NCBI GenBank assembly: GCA_002387325.1
Contig: DGIN01000005.1
Span: forward strand, 1 to 57,727
Direction of reading: 5' to 3'
From: Bacteroidales bacterium UBA4621
Lineage (GTDB): Bacteria > Bacteroidota > Bacteroidia > Bacteroidales > Paludibacteraceae
DNA length: 57,727 nt
Shown here: positions 9,134-18,950 of the stretch, one piece after another
Layout: each line of letters begins with the position of its first letter
How positions within the stretch are numbered: position 1 is the first letter of the stretch
Made by a program: the position numbers and the translations under genes
The notes under the pieces: generated by a model
What the model was told of the DNA's origin: nothing
What the model saw: only the letters and a program-made list of their open reading frames with translations
The model's database searches: none

Positions 9134-9751
9134 TTACATAGGTAAGTAGATGACTTGCTTGTTTTCAAACCAGTCGCCCGCAAAGAGTTGGCTAATAGGC
9201 GTAACCTCCACACGCTTTTGGAATGGACGCAGTTCGTTTGCCAAATCGCCCCCCTTGAGTACCAGCAGTCCGTTTGGCACGGCATTCCGCTGGGTACGAC
9301 TGATATTCTTCTGCACCAATTTGACCAAATCGGGCAAAGACATAACGGCACGCGAAACCACAAAATCAAACTTGCCTTTCTCCTCCTCTGCACGTTCTTG
9401 AATACAACGTACATTGGTCAGTCCCAGTGCATTGGATACCTCTTGTGCCACACGAACCTTTTTGCCGATAGAATCAATGAGTGTAAACTCACATTCAGGA
9501 AACAAAATAGCCAACGGCACTCCGGGGAAGCCCCCGCCTGTCCCTACATCAAGAATCTTGCTCGCCGGCTGAAAAGGCAGTATCTTAGCAACAGCCAACG
9601 AATGTAGGATATGGTGTTCGTACAGATTATCAATATCTTTGCGGGAGATGACATTAATCTTGCTATTCCAATCACGATAAAGCGCGTCAAGCGCAGCAAA
9701 CTGCTGCTCTTGACGCGCTGTCAGTGGAAAGTATTGACGGATAAGTTCCAT
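9134..9751 (-). CDS. rsmG: 16S rRNA (guanine527-N7)-methyltransferase RsmG
   Basis: 'WNSKINVISRKDIDNLYEHHILHSL' and the SAM motif 'ILDVGTGGGFPGVPLAI'. I place the start at MELIRQYFPL (9751). The ORF-track start at 9832 would overlap yebC by 44 nt. Confidence 0.88.
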   Translation of the reverse strand: MELIRQYFPLTARQEQQFAALDALYRDWNSKINVISRKDIDNLYEHHILHSLAVAKILPFQPASKILDVGTGGGFPGVPLAILFPECEFTLIDSIGKKVRVAQEVSNALGLTNVRCIQERAEEEKGKFDFVVSRAVMSLPDLVKLVQKNISRTQRNAVPNGLLVLKGGDLANELRPFQKRVEVTPISQLFAGDWFENKQVIYLPM

Positions 9752-9788
9752 CGAGAGAATTTGTAAATTGGTAAGTACGTCAATTCTC

Positions 9789-10508
9789 TTACTCTTCTGC
9801 CATATTGGTGAAGACATTTTGTACGTCCTCATCCTCTTCTATACGGTCAATGAGTTTCTGAACGGACTCTTTTTCCTCGTCAGTGAGGGTTTTGTAGTCA
9901 TTCGGAATACGCACGAACTCGCAACTCTGGATTTCGAAACCGTTGTCCTCCAGATATTTCTGAATTTGTGAATACTGGTTGAAATCACCATATATAATGA
10001 TGTTTCCGTCCTCATCATTGCCAAGTTCTTCTACACCGAAGTCTATCAATTCGAGTTCCAATTCGTCCAAATCAACCCCTTCTTTCGGGCTAACCGTGAA
10101 ACAGACCTTACGGTCAAAAAGGAACTGCAAACAACCTTGTGTACCCAGTGTTCCGCCATGCTTGGTAAAATACGAACGGATATTGGCAACTGTACGCATA
10201 TTATTGTCGGTAGCAGTCTCTATGAAAATCGCCACGCCGTGTGGTCCGTATCCTTCATAATTGATTTCTTTATAGCCTTCCGATGACTTATCGGTGGCTT
10301 TTTTGATAGCACGGTCAATATTTTCCTTCGGCATATTTTCACGTTTACACTGCTGAATGAGCGTACGCAAACGCGGGTTGCTATCGGGATCCGGACCGCC
10401 CTCACGAGCAGCAATTGTAATTTCTTTACCGAGTTTGGTGAATGTGCGGGCCATATGCCCCCAACGTTTCAGTTTGGTTGCTTTGCGATATTCAAATGCG
10501 CGTCCCAT
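9789..10508 (-). CDS. yebC: YebC/PmpR-family DNA-binding transcriptional regulator
   Basis: 239 aa. N-terminus 'MGRAFEYRKATKLKRWGHMARTFTKLGKEI', 'NMPKENIDRAIKKA' and 'YEGYGPHGVAI' are family hallmarks. Confidence 0.92.
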   Translation of the reverse strand: MGRAFEYRKATKLKRWGHMARTFTKLGKEITIAAREGGPDPDSNPRLRTLIQQCKRENMPKENIDRAIKKATDKSSEGYKEINYEGYGPHGVAIFIETATDNNMRTVANIRSYFTKHGGTLGTQGCLQFLFDRKVCFTVSPKEGVDLDELELELIDFGVEELGNDEDGNIIIYGDFNQYSQIQKYLEDNGFEIQSCEFVRIPNDYKTLTDEEKESVQKLIDRIEEDEDVQNVFTNMAEE

Positions 10509-10549
10509 ACTTGTTTATTTTTTTGTTTATAAGTTTATAAGTTTATGCG

Positions 10550-13180
10550 TTATTGGTTCTGTACCGTATCCATCGGCATAGTCTGAATGGTGTCCTGCTT
10601 GGGCAGCAAGGTAGAATCGGCGTGATCAAGAATTGTCTCATAGGTAATCTCCTCAAAAGTGATATTAAATTCCACGCGACGATTCAACGCACGTCCTTTG
10701 GCAGTTTTGTTGTCTGCTATAGGCACTTCCATTCCGTATCCGTGAGCAGTCATACGCTCTGCGGGAACACCTTTCTTCACAAGATAATTCATCACTGCGT
10801 GTGCCCGTTTATCGCTCAGTTTCTTATTAAAATCGGCTTTGCCTACATTGTCGGTATGTCCTTGTACCTCAATGATAAAAGTCGGATTTTCAATAAACGT
10901 TTTAGCAATTTGGTCAAGAAGCGGATACGATTTTTTCTTTATGTTCGCTTTTCCGTTTTCGAACTGGATGCCCTGCATAGCCTTTTTGAGAAGATTCCGC
11001 ACCGCACGTTTCACCTCAGGACAGCCCTTATTATATGCGGGGCCTACCACAGTAGGACACTCGTCTTTCCAATCGGGTACTCCGTCTCCGTCCGTATCAA
11101 TTTCGCAACCTCTCTCGTTTACAAAACCTTTAGCCTCTGCCGGAGTGCCAGGACATTCGTCAAGATAATCGGGTACACCATCATTGTCAGAGTCTATCGG
11201 GCAACCTTTCTCGTCCACAGAGCCATACGCCTCTTTGGGGGTATCGGGACACTCGTCCAAATAATCAGGAACACCGTCGCCATCGGTATCGAGCAGGCAA
11301 CCCTTTTCGTCAATGTAGCCTAATGCTTCTATCGGCGTACCGGGACATTCGTCGCGCCAATCGGGTACTCCGTCACCATCGGTATCCAGTTCGCATCCTT
11401 TCTCATCCACCATTCCGATAGCACCGGCAGGAGTGTTGGAACACTCGTCAATATAATCGGGTACACCATCACCATCGGAATCTACCGGACAGCCGGCACT
11501 ATCTATCAACCCGTAAGCCGATTCGGGTGTACCGGGGCAGCGGTCAAGATAGTCAGGAATCCCGTCTCCATCAGAGTCTATCGGGCAGCCAAGTGCATCC
11601 ACCTGTACATTCTTTGGCGTATTAGGACACATATCCAGACGATTGTAAATACCGTCCTTGTCAGTATCTTTCTTGTTTTGGTTGGTTCCCCATACAATAC
11701 TGAATCCTATTGCAAGATTGATACCTTTTGCTTTGTAAGGGATAGGACAATGAATTGTTTTTCCTCCCCCCTGCTCTATATCATAATAAGCATACGAGGT
11801 GGGTATATAGTCCATTGCCAACGTTAAGTTAACACCATCATACGGCATAAAACTGAGTCCAGCACCGAGATTACTATACTTGCCATTATTCACAAGCGAA
11901 TAACTGAGGGCGAGGTTGAACCAATTACACGGGCGCAAAGCCGCACCAAGCGTAACCTCTTCATACAAACGACGGTTGTACAAGCGTGTCTTGGACACGA
12001 CACCTATCCCTATGCGGTTGTCCCAAAAGTTGGCATCAACACCTACATTGAATTTGGCACTCAGCATACGGGCAAACCCTGTACCTACCATTGTAGCGGT
12101 AGTACCATCCACGATACCTATCAGATTGCTTTTTACATCATTGAGCAAACTATCCGAATCAAATTTCCCATCCACTACGTATTGGTCGTATGTAAAATCT
12201 CCTACGCCCGTGAAAGTAGTATCAACCGTGCAATTATAACGATGCCCCCCATTCCAATAGATAAATCCGAGATCATTTACAGCAGCTGTAATCTGCAACT
12301 GCTCAATGGGTTTATATGTAAAACCAAGATCTACAGCCGCTCCATAACCACTCGGAATCAGTGATGTTTTTATCAATTCTCCGATATCATCGGTATTGAC
12401 AAGGTCATCTGTATTTATGTCAGAAAAAGTCTCTTTGTTTATCTCTGTCGGAACGGCATCCCAATTTATAGGTGCCGCCACCATCAGATCGCCGGTACCG
12501 TGTATGCGCCACTCGGTAGCCGAGGCATCAATGCCGAGATTGGAACTTGTCAATCCTGCATACATTGTACCTAAGAGCAGTTTCAGTTTTCCACCGACCG
12601 TCCATTTCTCATTGATACGATGGGAGTAGCCGAAGCCTATTTCGGTGTACATTGTAGCACGCGAGCCCAATTGATTGAGATTGATATAGTTGAAGCCTCC
12701 ATTCAAATCCTGCATGCCTCCGCCGATAGCAAAGCCAAACAAGTCATAAGGCAGGGCTCCCCCCCCTTCGACACGCTCCATAATGTTAAAATGGAAGTAG
12801 CCTTTTTCATTCTTGGTACGGAAACCGAAACCCAACAAATTGGCGGTAACATCACCGTCCGCCAATGTTACCTTACGGAAAGTGCGCAGCAATGCAGCCT
12901 TGTCCCCGTTTGGGTGTAGTGCCGTAATGGTTTGCCCTGTTAGCGGATCTACATATATAAGGTCGCTCATTGTCAGAGAGTTGTTGCCGACCCACAAACC
13001 GGTATAGCCAATCGGGGTAAAGTTGACATATCCGTTGCTTACCGGTTGAAAAGCAGGGTTTACAATATGCCGCATAGGTGCATTTTCCAAGAAATAGAGC
13101 GTAGTTACCTGTTGTGCCTCCGCACTGACTGCACCTGTCAAAAGAGCAGCAACTAACAATTTATGAAATACGTTTTTCAT
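10550..13180 (-). CDS. large OmpA-family outer-membrane protein: N-terminal barrel-like domain + 7 thrombospondin type-3 repeats + OmpA_C peptidoglycan-binding domain
   Basis: 876 aa. Signal peptide ...GAVSAEAQQ. The N-terminal ~500 aa is beta-rich (resembles DUF5723/PorP-like, from memory). aa 505-720 hold seven 'D(T/S)DGDGVPDY.DECPGTP' calcium-binding repeats. The C-terminus 'IEVQGHTDNVG...LS.KRA..V..YL...G......GYG...P......GRALNRRVEF' is an OmpA_C domain. Confidence 0.85.
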   Translation of the reverse strand: MKNVFHKLLVAALLTGAVSAEAQQVTTLYFLENAPMRHIVNPAFQPVSNGYVNFTPIGYTGLWVGNNSLTMSDLIYVDPLTGQTITALHPNGDKAALLRTFRKVTLADGDVTANLLGFGFRTKNEKGYFHFNIMERVEGGGALPYDLFGFAIGGGMQDLNGGFNYINLNQLGSRATMYTEIGFGYSHRINEKWTVGGKLKLLLGTMYAGLTSSNLGIDASATEWRIHGTGDLMVAAPINWDAVPTEINKETFSDINTDDLVNTDDIGELIKTSLIPSGYGAAVDLGFTYKPIEQLQITAAVNDLGFIYWNGGHRYNCTVDTTFTGVGDFTYDQYVVDGKFDSDSLLNDVKSNLIGIVDGTTATMVGTGFARMLSAKFNVGVDANFWDNRIGIGVVSKTRLYNRRLYEEVTLGAALRPCNWFNLALSYSLVNNGKYSNLGAGLSFMPYDGVNLTLAMDYIPTSYAYYDIEQGGGKTIHCPIPYKAKGINLAIGFSIVWGTNQNKKDTDKDGIYNRLDMCPNTPKNVQVDALGCPIDSDGDGIPDYLDRCPGTPESAYGLIDSAGCPVDSDGDGVPDYIDECSNTPAGAIGMVDEKGCELDTDGDGVPDWRDECPGTPIEALGYIDEKGCLLDTDGDGVPDYLDECPDTPKEAYGSVDEKGCPIDSDNDGVPDYLDECPGTPAEAKGFVNERGCEIDTDGDGVPDWKDECPTVVGPAYNKGCPEVKRAVRNLLKKAMQGIQFENGKANIKKKSYPLLDQIAKTFIENPTFIIEVQGHTDNVGKADFNKKLSDKRAHAVMNYLVKKGVPAERMTAHGYGMEVPIADNKTAKGRALNRRVEFNITFEEITYETILDHADSTLLPKQDTIQTMPMDTVQNQ
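11021..11668 (-). repeat. intragenic tandem repeat encoding 7 TSP type-3 units (~32-aa period)
   Basis: Protein repeats: DTDKDGIYNRLDMCPNTP, DSDGDGIPDYLDRCPGTP, DSDGDGVPDYIDECSNTP, DTDGDGVPDWRDECPGTP, DTDGDGVPDYLDECPDTP, DSDNDGVPDYLDECPGTP, DTDGDGVPDWKDECPT. Coordinates computed from aa 505-720. Confidence 0.9.
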
Positions 13181-13193
13181 TGGTTACTCCTCC

Positions 13194-15059
13194 TTATTTG
13201 ATACCGACATTACTAAAATCGAAGACAGCATCTACCGTAGCGGTCAGCCCTAACTGTATCTTCAACTTATTATCCTCAGCAATACGTACATTGAAACCGC
13301 CGTGTTGGTATGCACTCTGCAACGAAGCATCATCAATACTTGCCGTATAAACAATGTATTTGATTTTGCTGAAAGTGTCAAAATGTTTCTTGTCTATTGA
13401 CAAAATCTCAATCTGTTCGCTTGCTGTCGGAATGGCTGTACCGCCTTCAAAATGATAAGCCGGCGCCTGAATACGAATGGTATCGGATGATGTCAGGCGG
13501 TATGTCTTGTTCGGGTCATCCGGTTCTGTAACGACATTGCCATTTTCGTCCAATGCATAGAATACAGCCTTGATATCCAACGGGATGGAATTGGTAATCT
13601 TCATTACAAGTTTCAAGTCGCTCGTTTTGACGGTATCAATCATATCAACCGATGCCAACAGGGAGTCCAATGTGTAGCGGCTGATATCCACATCCTTGAT
13701 AGTGTCGCTGTACTCCAATCCTACCCCTTCGTTGAAAATAAACGGCAACGTGGCAATAGCATCCACATAAACTCCCGTATTGGGCGTAATACGTATCTGC
13801 GGAGTGCGCTGGCGGTTAAAATCAATAGAGAATTTGTATCCGATCAAATCCGGACGGATGGCGAACAAACGATCAATATGCCCGAAAGCCTCTGTATTAT
13901 CAAAGCGCACATGCATTGTTGCCGAGTCGCCAATCGGGCTGGTCAATGGCAAATATTCATCGGGAGTAAAATAACGATAAAGCGTTTGATTGCCGTTAAA
14001 GGTGGCATATTTCTTCTGCGTATGGTCGGCTGTCTCCACAAAGAGATAGTCGCCCTGCATGACCAATGCCCCTGCCACTTTTGTAGTGATTTGCATATCT
14101 ACAACGGGTTCAGCAAACGGCAGTTTGGCTTTTTTGAGTTGCTCCCATGCTTTCCATTCCGCGGCTATATTTACAGTATCTTCATCATACATATCACTCG
14201 ACGGGGAAAACATACCCCAGATAGCCTTGTAGTCAATAAACTGTACTCCCAAATGGTATTCAAACGCCGCGTCATCGGCTATCGTTACTTTACCGGCAGA
14301 GGTAGGTACCGTAAAATTGAAATAGATAACAAAATTACAGGTATCCATCACATTGCCCCAATATGCCTCAGGGGAGTCTGGTGTTTTGTCTTTCATCAGA
14401 TTGACGGTGAACTCCGTAACATTGACGGGTATATCCTGACTATATCCATACCCGTCGCCTTTAGAATACACCACAACGTTTTTGCCTTGCGGACGTGAAA
14501 AAGCAGCCCCCAGGTCAATACTTACAGTATTTATCCATTCCCACTTCAGAGGCAGGTTTTTCGGCACAATCGTACTGATAAATTTGGCATTTTCTATCAG
14601 AGCACTGTCCAAACGCTCATCATTTTCATTGGAATTGATGCCTTTCAGTTTGAGCGTAAGCGGGAAAGCGAGCGTTATATCCCTGGTGTCATCACCGGTT
14701 ATCTGGTGATTTTCCAAATAACCAGTTCCCTGCAACTTGTCGTACACATTCATTGTGAGTGTTTTCTCCGACACGTATTGGCTCAAGTCCACCTGATGGT
14801 ACTTCTTGTCCACACTGAATGTGTCTTTGAAGACCAGCACCCCTTTGTTGTGAAGCGAATCCACATAGATATTGGACACTTGTCCATCAGCGAGAAAATC
14901 GCCGACAGCAGCACTCATAGAACCGACAGGAAGGGCAATGCCCATATCCAGTTCTGCGGTTTTGTCGATATTTTTCAAATCGACATCCGCCTTACACCCC
15001 CGCATAGCAAAGCCGACACAGCAGCCCGCCACGACCAAGAGCAGATGTTTTACTTTCAT
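13194..15059 (-). CDS. hypothetical lipoprotein (621 aa), co-operonic with the TSP3-OmpA gene
   Basis: Signal plus Cys ('LLVVAGCCVGFAMRGC'). No recognisable catalytic motif. Stop is 13 nt upstream of the OmpA-family start. Confidence 0.75.
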   Translation of the reverse strand: MKVKHLLLVVAGCCVGFAMRGCKADVDLKNIDKTAELDMGIALPVGSMSAAVGDFLADGQVSNIYVDSLHNKGVLVFKDTFSVDKKYHQVDLSQYVSEKTLTMNVYDKLQGTGYLENHQITGDDTRDITLAFPLTLKLKGINSNENDERLDSALIENAKFISTIVPKNLPLKWEWINTVSIDLGAAFSRPQGKNVVVYSKGDGYGYSQDIPVNVTEFTVNLMKDKTPDSPEAYWGNVMDTCNFVIYFNFTVPTSAGKVTIADDAAFEYHLGVQFIDYKAIWGMFSPSSDMYDEDTVNIAAEWKAWEQLKKAKLPFAEPVVDMQITTKVAGALVMQGDYLFVETADHTQKKYATFNGNQTLYRYFTPDEYLPLTSPIGDSATMHVRFDNTEAFGHIDRLFAIRPDLIGYKFSIDFNRQRTPQIRITPNTGVYVDAIATLPFIFNEGVGLEYSDTIKDVDISRYTLDSLLASVDMIDTVKTSDLKLVMKITNSIPLDIKAVFYALDENGNVVTEPDDPNKTYRLTSSDTIRIQAPAYHFEGGTAIPTASEQIEILSIDKKHFDTFSKIKYIVYTASIDDASLQSAYQHGGFNVRIAEDNKLKIQLGLTATVDAVFDFSNVGIK

Positions 15060-15104
15060 TGTGATGCGAATTTAGGAATTTGGTTTTGTTGTACAAAATA
15101 GCGC

Positions 15105-15137
15105 ACAAAGGTACGCTTTTTTTTTTACATACGCAAA
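15105..15137 (-). promoter_or_regulatory. putative promoter for lipoprotein/OmpA operon
   Basis: Minus strand TACCTTTG (15112..15105) with TTTG (15137..15134), 21-nt spacer, 45 nt upstream of the ATG. A second candidate is TAACTTTG (15220..15213) with TTTG (15244..15241). Confidence 0.4.
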
Positions 15138-15266
15138 CCTACTACAAAAAAACGAGAGCACAGATTCGACAAACATCTGCGGGTACTGTCCAATAGCAAA
15201 TGCAATTTTGTGCAAAGTTAGGGAAAATGATATGTTTACACAAAAGCAACTATTCTATGTGTTGGA

Positions 15267-16115
15267 TTATTTCTGCAGGTAGGTCTCCAGCAGGTTCCAT
15301 TCGCGGGTGGCGTCACGGAGACCAAGGTGATAAACCTGCTTGAGATGAAACGGATTGCGCTCCAAACGGCGTACAGGCAGCAGTGTCTCGGGTGAGAAAA
15401 CAAATATCTTCCCCTCCTCTTTGAGTTGGCGCACCTGCTGCATACGTCTGTTGTAGTTCGCACTACGTACCCGCAGAGCCTGTTGCAAGTTTTTCTCATG
15501 GGGATAGAATATCTTGCTGAGCAGATACATATGCTCGTTCAGACGAAATTCAATAGGTCGTGTCAGTACCACAATCACCTTGTCGCAGCCTTCCTCAAAG
15601 GCTTTATCCAAAGGGATATTGTCCACCAATCCTCCGTCGAGGTAGTCATTTCCGCCGATATGTACACGTTGTGATATAAAGGGCAACGTACCCGATGCAC
15701 GGAGCCAGTCGATCTGTGTTTTGCAGTTTTTGATGTGTATATATTCGGCTTTGCCGGTTTTGACGTTGGTTACCGTGGCGAACACTTTGGTCTTGGAGGC
15801 TTCGAATGCGACTTCATCGAACGGAGCCAGTTCGTTAGGAATACGATTGTATGAAAAATCCACGTTCACCATATTGCCTGTTCGGATAAGGGAACGTATG
15901 GACACATAGTCGGGATTGTCGCAATAGCGATAATTGTAGTCAAATGCTCTGCCCCTCTGTTTTGACGGCAGATTAACTCCGAACAACGCCCCTGCCGACG
16001 TGCCGCACAGCACATCGGGTTCAAATCCTTTGTCCATCATAATATCAAGCACGCCGCAGGTATAAATCCCGCGCATCCCGCCGCCTTCCAGCACCAGTCC
16101 TGTTTTCATATCCAT
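15267..16115 (-). CDS. patatin-like phospholipase
   Basis: 282 aa. 'LVLEGGGMRGIYTCGVLD' (oxyanion GGGxRG), 'GTSAGA' (GxSxG nucleophile) and 'DGG' (catalytic Asp) in order. Confidence 0.9.
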   Translation of the reverse strand: MDMKTGLVLEGGGMRGIYTCGVLDIMMDKGFEPDVLCGTSAGALFGVNLPSKQRGRAFDYNYRYCDNPDYVSIRSLIRTGNMVNVDFSYNRIPNELAPFDEVAFEASKTKVFATVTNVKTGKAEYIHIKNCKTQIDWLRASGTLPFISQRVHIGGNDYLDGGLVDNIPLDKAFEEGCDKVIVVLTRPIEFRLNEHMYLLSKIFYPHEKNLQQALRVRSANYNRRMQQVRQLKEEGKIFVFSPETLLPVRRLERNPFHLKQVYHLGLRDATREWNLLETYLQK

Positions 16116-16139
16116 TATTTATTTGAGAAATACAATTTG

Positions 16140-16171
16140 CAAAGGTACATCGCATTTGTGACATACACAAA
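16140..16171 (-). promoter_or_regulatory. putative promoter for patatin-like gene
   Basis: Minus strand TACCTTTG (16147..16140) and TTTG (16171..16168), 20-nt spacer. The ATG is 24 nt downstream. Confidence 0.5.
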
Positions 16172-16267
16172 GGTTTTATCGTTTTTTATTATTGTGTACG
16201 GAAGATTTATGCAAAATATGCCGTATCTTAAAAATTGACATATTTTATGTAACGGGCAAGCACCTGC

Positions 16268-16327
16268 TATCCACAGGGTATCCACAGGTCTTTTCAATAC
16301 ACAATGCATAATGCACAATGCACAATG
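16268..16327. repeat. TATCCACAGGN x2 (11 bp, 16268-16289) and CA(C/T)AATG x4 (7 bp, 16300-16327)
   Basis: Read directly in the patatin/relA divergent spacer. Confidence 0.95.
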
Positions 16328-16376
16328 GAATCTTAACAAAACGCACTTTTTTGAATGGCGTGTACGCGAAACAATG

Positions 16377-16476
16377 CCAACCTTGCCAACCAACCAACCT
16401 TTTATGAAACTCTATACACCCGTGTGCGCGGGTGGGGGTATATATTTTTGAAAAAGGTTGGTTGGCGAGGTTGGCG
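16377..16476. repeat. ~100-nt nested imperfect inverted repeat built from CCAACC/GGTTGG words
   Basis: The outer arms gccaaccttgccaaccaacc(aacc)tttt (16377-16403) and aaaaaggttggttggcgaggttggcg (16451-16476) pair at 20/21 positions with a 4-nt bulge. The inner arms tatacacccg / cgggtgggggtata form a second stem. Confidence 0.8.
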
Positions 16477-16528
16477 GGAACGAGCAGGTACTTTCTTTCT
16501 TAGGTATCAGACAAAAAGTGCGGGCGGG

Positions 16529-16560
16529 TTTGCGTATATGGAATAGTTTTCGTAATTTTG
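16529..16560 (+). promoter_or_regulatory. putative promoter for relA/spoT
   Basis: TTTG (16529-16532), 20-nt spacer, TAATTTTG (16553-16560). The ATG at 16578 is 18 nt downstream. This supports the shorter start. Confidence 0.5.
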
Positions 16561-16577
16561 CAGACCTTTTCAGTAGA

Positions 16578-18821
16578 ATGACAGAAAGCGAGTTTACACA
16601 GGAAGAAGAGCAGATGATTCAGCACGAGTTCGAGGCTTTGCTGGACGATTATGCGCATACGATGCACCGCCAGAAGGTGGAACTGATTACGCATGCTTTT
16701 CATTTTGCCAAGCAGGCTCACAAAGGAGTGCGCCGTTTGAGCGGCGAGCCGTATATTATGCACCCGCTGGCTGTGGCGCGTATCTGCGTGCGCGAAATAG
16801 GTTTGGGCAGCACGAGTATATGCAGTGCGCTTCTCCATGATGTTGTAGAAGACACGGACTACACAATAGAGGATATCCGGAACCTGTTCGGGGACAAGAT
16901 AGCCCAGATAGTGGACGGACTGACGAAGATCTCGGGCGGCGTATTCGGCGAACACGCCAGCGAGCAGGCGGAGAATTTCCGCAAGTTGCTGCTCACCATT
17001 TCGGACGATATACGTGTGGTGCTGATCAAGATAGCCGACCGTCTGCACAACATGCGTACCCTCGGCGCCCAGCCCAAAGACAAGCAATACAAGATTGCGG
17101 GCGAGACACAATATATCTATGCCCCGCTGGCACACCGTCTGGGTCTGTTCCCCATCAAAACGGAGTTGGAAGACCTGAGTTTCAAATACGAACACCCCGA
17201 TACCTACGCCCAGATAGAAGCCAAATTAGCGGCGAACAAGAACGCCCAGATGGCGACTTTCGAGACCTTTTCCGCGCCTATCCGCACGAAATTGGAGGCT
17301 ATGGGTTACAGGTTCAGCATTACGGCGCGTATCAAATCGGTGTATTCGATTTGGAAGAAGATGACCACCCAGCAGATACCATTTGAGGACGTGTACGACC
17401 TGCTGGCAGTTCGTATTGTGTTTACGCCCAACGAGTCGATGTCGGAGAAAGACCAGTGCTGGATGATTTACTCCGCCATCACGGAGATTTACCGCCCGCA
17501 TCCGGAACGTATCCGCGACTGGATCAGTACGCCAAAAGCCAACGGTTACGAGGCGTTGCACGTAACCGTGATGGGGCAGGACGGTGAGTGGATAGAGGTA
17601 CAGATACGCACCGACCGTATGCACGAACTGGCGGAACGCGGTCTGGCGGCGCACTGGAAATACAAGACGGGCGAGTCGGACGAGTCGGAATTAGACAAAT
17701 GGCTCTGCGAAATAAAAGAGATTCTAGAGCACCCCGAGAAGGACGCGATGGAGTTTCTCGACACGTTCAAGTTGAATCTGTTTGCGCAGGAGGTATTTGT
17801 TTTCACGCCGAAAGGGGAAATCAAGACTATGCCGCAAGGGGCGACCGCCCTCGATTTTGCGTTCCTGCTCCACTCGGAGTTGGGCGAGCATTGTATCGGG
17901 GCGAAAGTGAACCATACGCTGGTGCCGCTCAGTTACGTGCTGAAGGGGGGCGACCAGGTGGAGATCCTGACCTCGGGAAGCCAGCACCCTCAGGAGAACT
18001 GGCTCGATTTTGTAACGACCGCCAAGGCCCAGTCGTGTCTGCGCGAGTATTTCCGCAGGGAGGAGCGTCAGTATATCAAGCGCGGCGACAAACTGTTCCA
18101 TGACGCATGGAATATGTTGGAGGCGAAAGGCAGCGAGGATATGGCATTGCAGCGTATGCTCAACCATTACCAACTCACCCGCCCGAGCCAACTGTATCTA
18201 CAAATAGGTCAGGGGGTTATCCGTCTTGACGATATGCAGCAGATTATCTTTCCGAAGAAAGGTTTCTGGGCGCGTCTCAATCCCTTTTCCACGTCGGACA
18301 AAGACAGTTCGAAGCCGGCTTTACAGCCTCAGTTGCCGGCACAACCGGCTCCCAAATCGCACCAGACGATTGTCCTGACAGATGAGAATCTCGGACACGA
18401 TTATATCCTTGCCGACTGCTGCCATCCCATTCCGGGGGACGAGGTGCTGGGGTATCTTGGCGATGACGGCAAGATGTATATCCACAAGATTGACTGCAAC
18501 GAGGCGATGCTGCTCAAGTCCTCGCAAGGCAAGCGCATCTATGCCGCCACATGGAACACCCACCGCGTGCAGTCATTTGTAGAGACGATTGAAATTCAGG
18601 GAATTGACAAATTTGGTGTGTTTATCCATGTGCTGACGATCATCACCGAGGAGTTCCACATCAACATACGCTCCATGCAAGTGGCAGCCGATGATGGCAT
18701 TTTCAAGGGCGAACTGGAACTCTATGTCTATGACCGCAAGGAACTGCAAGACCTGTTCCAAGCCCTCAGAAAAATAGAAGAAATCAAGGTAGTGAAACGG
18801 ATTGAGACCAACAACAGTTAA
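16578..18821 (+). CDS. relA: bifunctional (p)ppGpp synthetase/hydrolase, RelA/SpoT family
   Basis: HD hydrolase motifs 'HPLAVA' and 'LLHDVVEDT'. Synthetase 'RIKSVYSIWKKM' and 'YEALHVTV'. TGS ('VFVFTPKGEIKTMPQGATALDFAF') and a C-terminal ACT-like domain. I prefer the start at MTESEF (16578) over the ORF-track 16458 because of the promoter position. Confidence 0.92.
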   Translation: MTESEFTQEEEQMIQHEFEALLDDYAHTMHRQKVELITHAFHFAKQAHKGVRRLSGEPYIMHPLAVARICVREIGLGSTSICSALLHDVVEDTDYTIEDIRNLFGDKIAQIVDGLTKISGGVFGEHASEQAENFRKLLLTISDDIRVVLIKIADRLHNMRTLGAQPKDKQYKIAGETQYIYAPLAHRLGLFPIKTELEDLSFKYEHPDTYAQIEAKLAANKNAQMATFETFSAPIRTKLEAMGYRFSITARIKSVYSIWKKMTTQQIPFEDVYDLLAVRIVFTPNESMSEKDQCWMIYSAITEIYRPHPERIRDWISTPKANGYEALHVTVMGQDGEWIEVQIRTDRMHELAERGLAAHWKYKTGESDESELDKWLCEIKEILEHPEKDAMEFLDTFKLNLFAQEVFVFTPKGEIKTMPQGATALDFAFLLHSELGEHCIGAKVNHTLVPLSYVLKGGDQVEILTSGSQHPQENWLDFVTTAKAQSCLREYFRREERQYIKRGDKLFHDAWNMLEAKGSEDMALQRMLNHYQLTRPSQLYLQIGQGVIRLDDMQQIIFPKKGFWARLNPFSTSDKDSSKPALQPQLPAQPAPKSHQTIVLTDENLGHDYILADCCHPIPGDEVLGYLGDDGKMYIHKIDCNEAMLLKSSQGKRIYAATWNTHRVQSFVETIEIQGIDKFGVFIHVLTIITEEFHINIRSMQVAADDGIFKGELELYVYDRKELQDLFQALRKIEEIKVVKRIETNNS

Positions 18822-18866
18822 TTATTGATAAAAACAAACACCTTTCGTCCGTATTGAAAACGTAGG

Positions 18867-18895
18867 AGGATGGTTATAGGATGGTTATAGGATAG
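18867..18895. repeat. GGTTATAGGAT x2 (reverse complement of ATCCTATAACC), 11-bp period
   Basis: Units at 18872 and 18883, flanked by partial units. Confidence 0.9.
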
Positions 18896-18950
18896 AAAGG
18901 GTTTGTACATTGATATAATAAAGCATTTTTAACAAAACAAACATAGCGAT

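Noticed and set aside
15267-16115. Patatin-like phospholipase as a CBASS-type or other defence effector
   Set aside because: It is a stand-alone gene with its own promoter. No cyclase, sensor or other defence gene is adjacent, and its composition is host-like.
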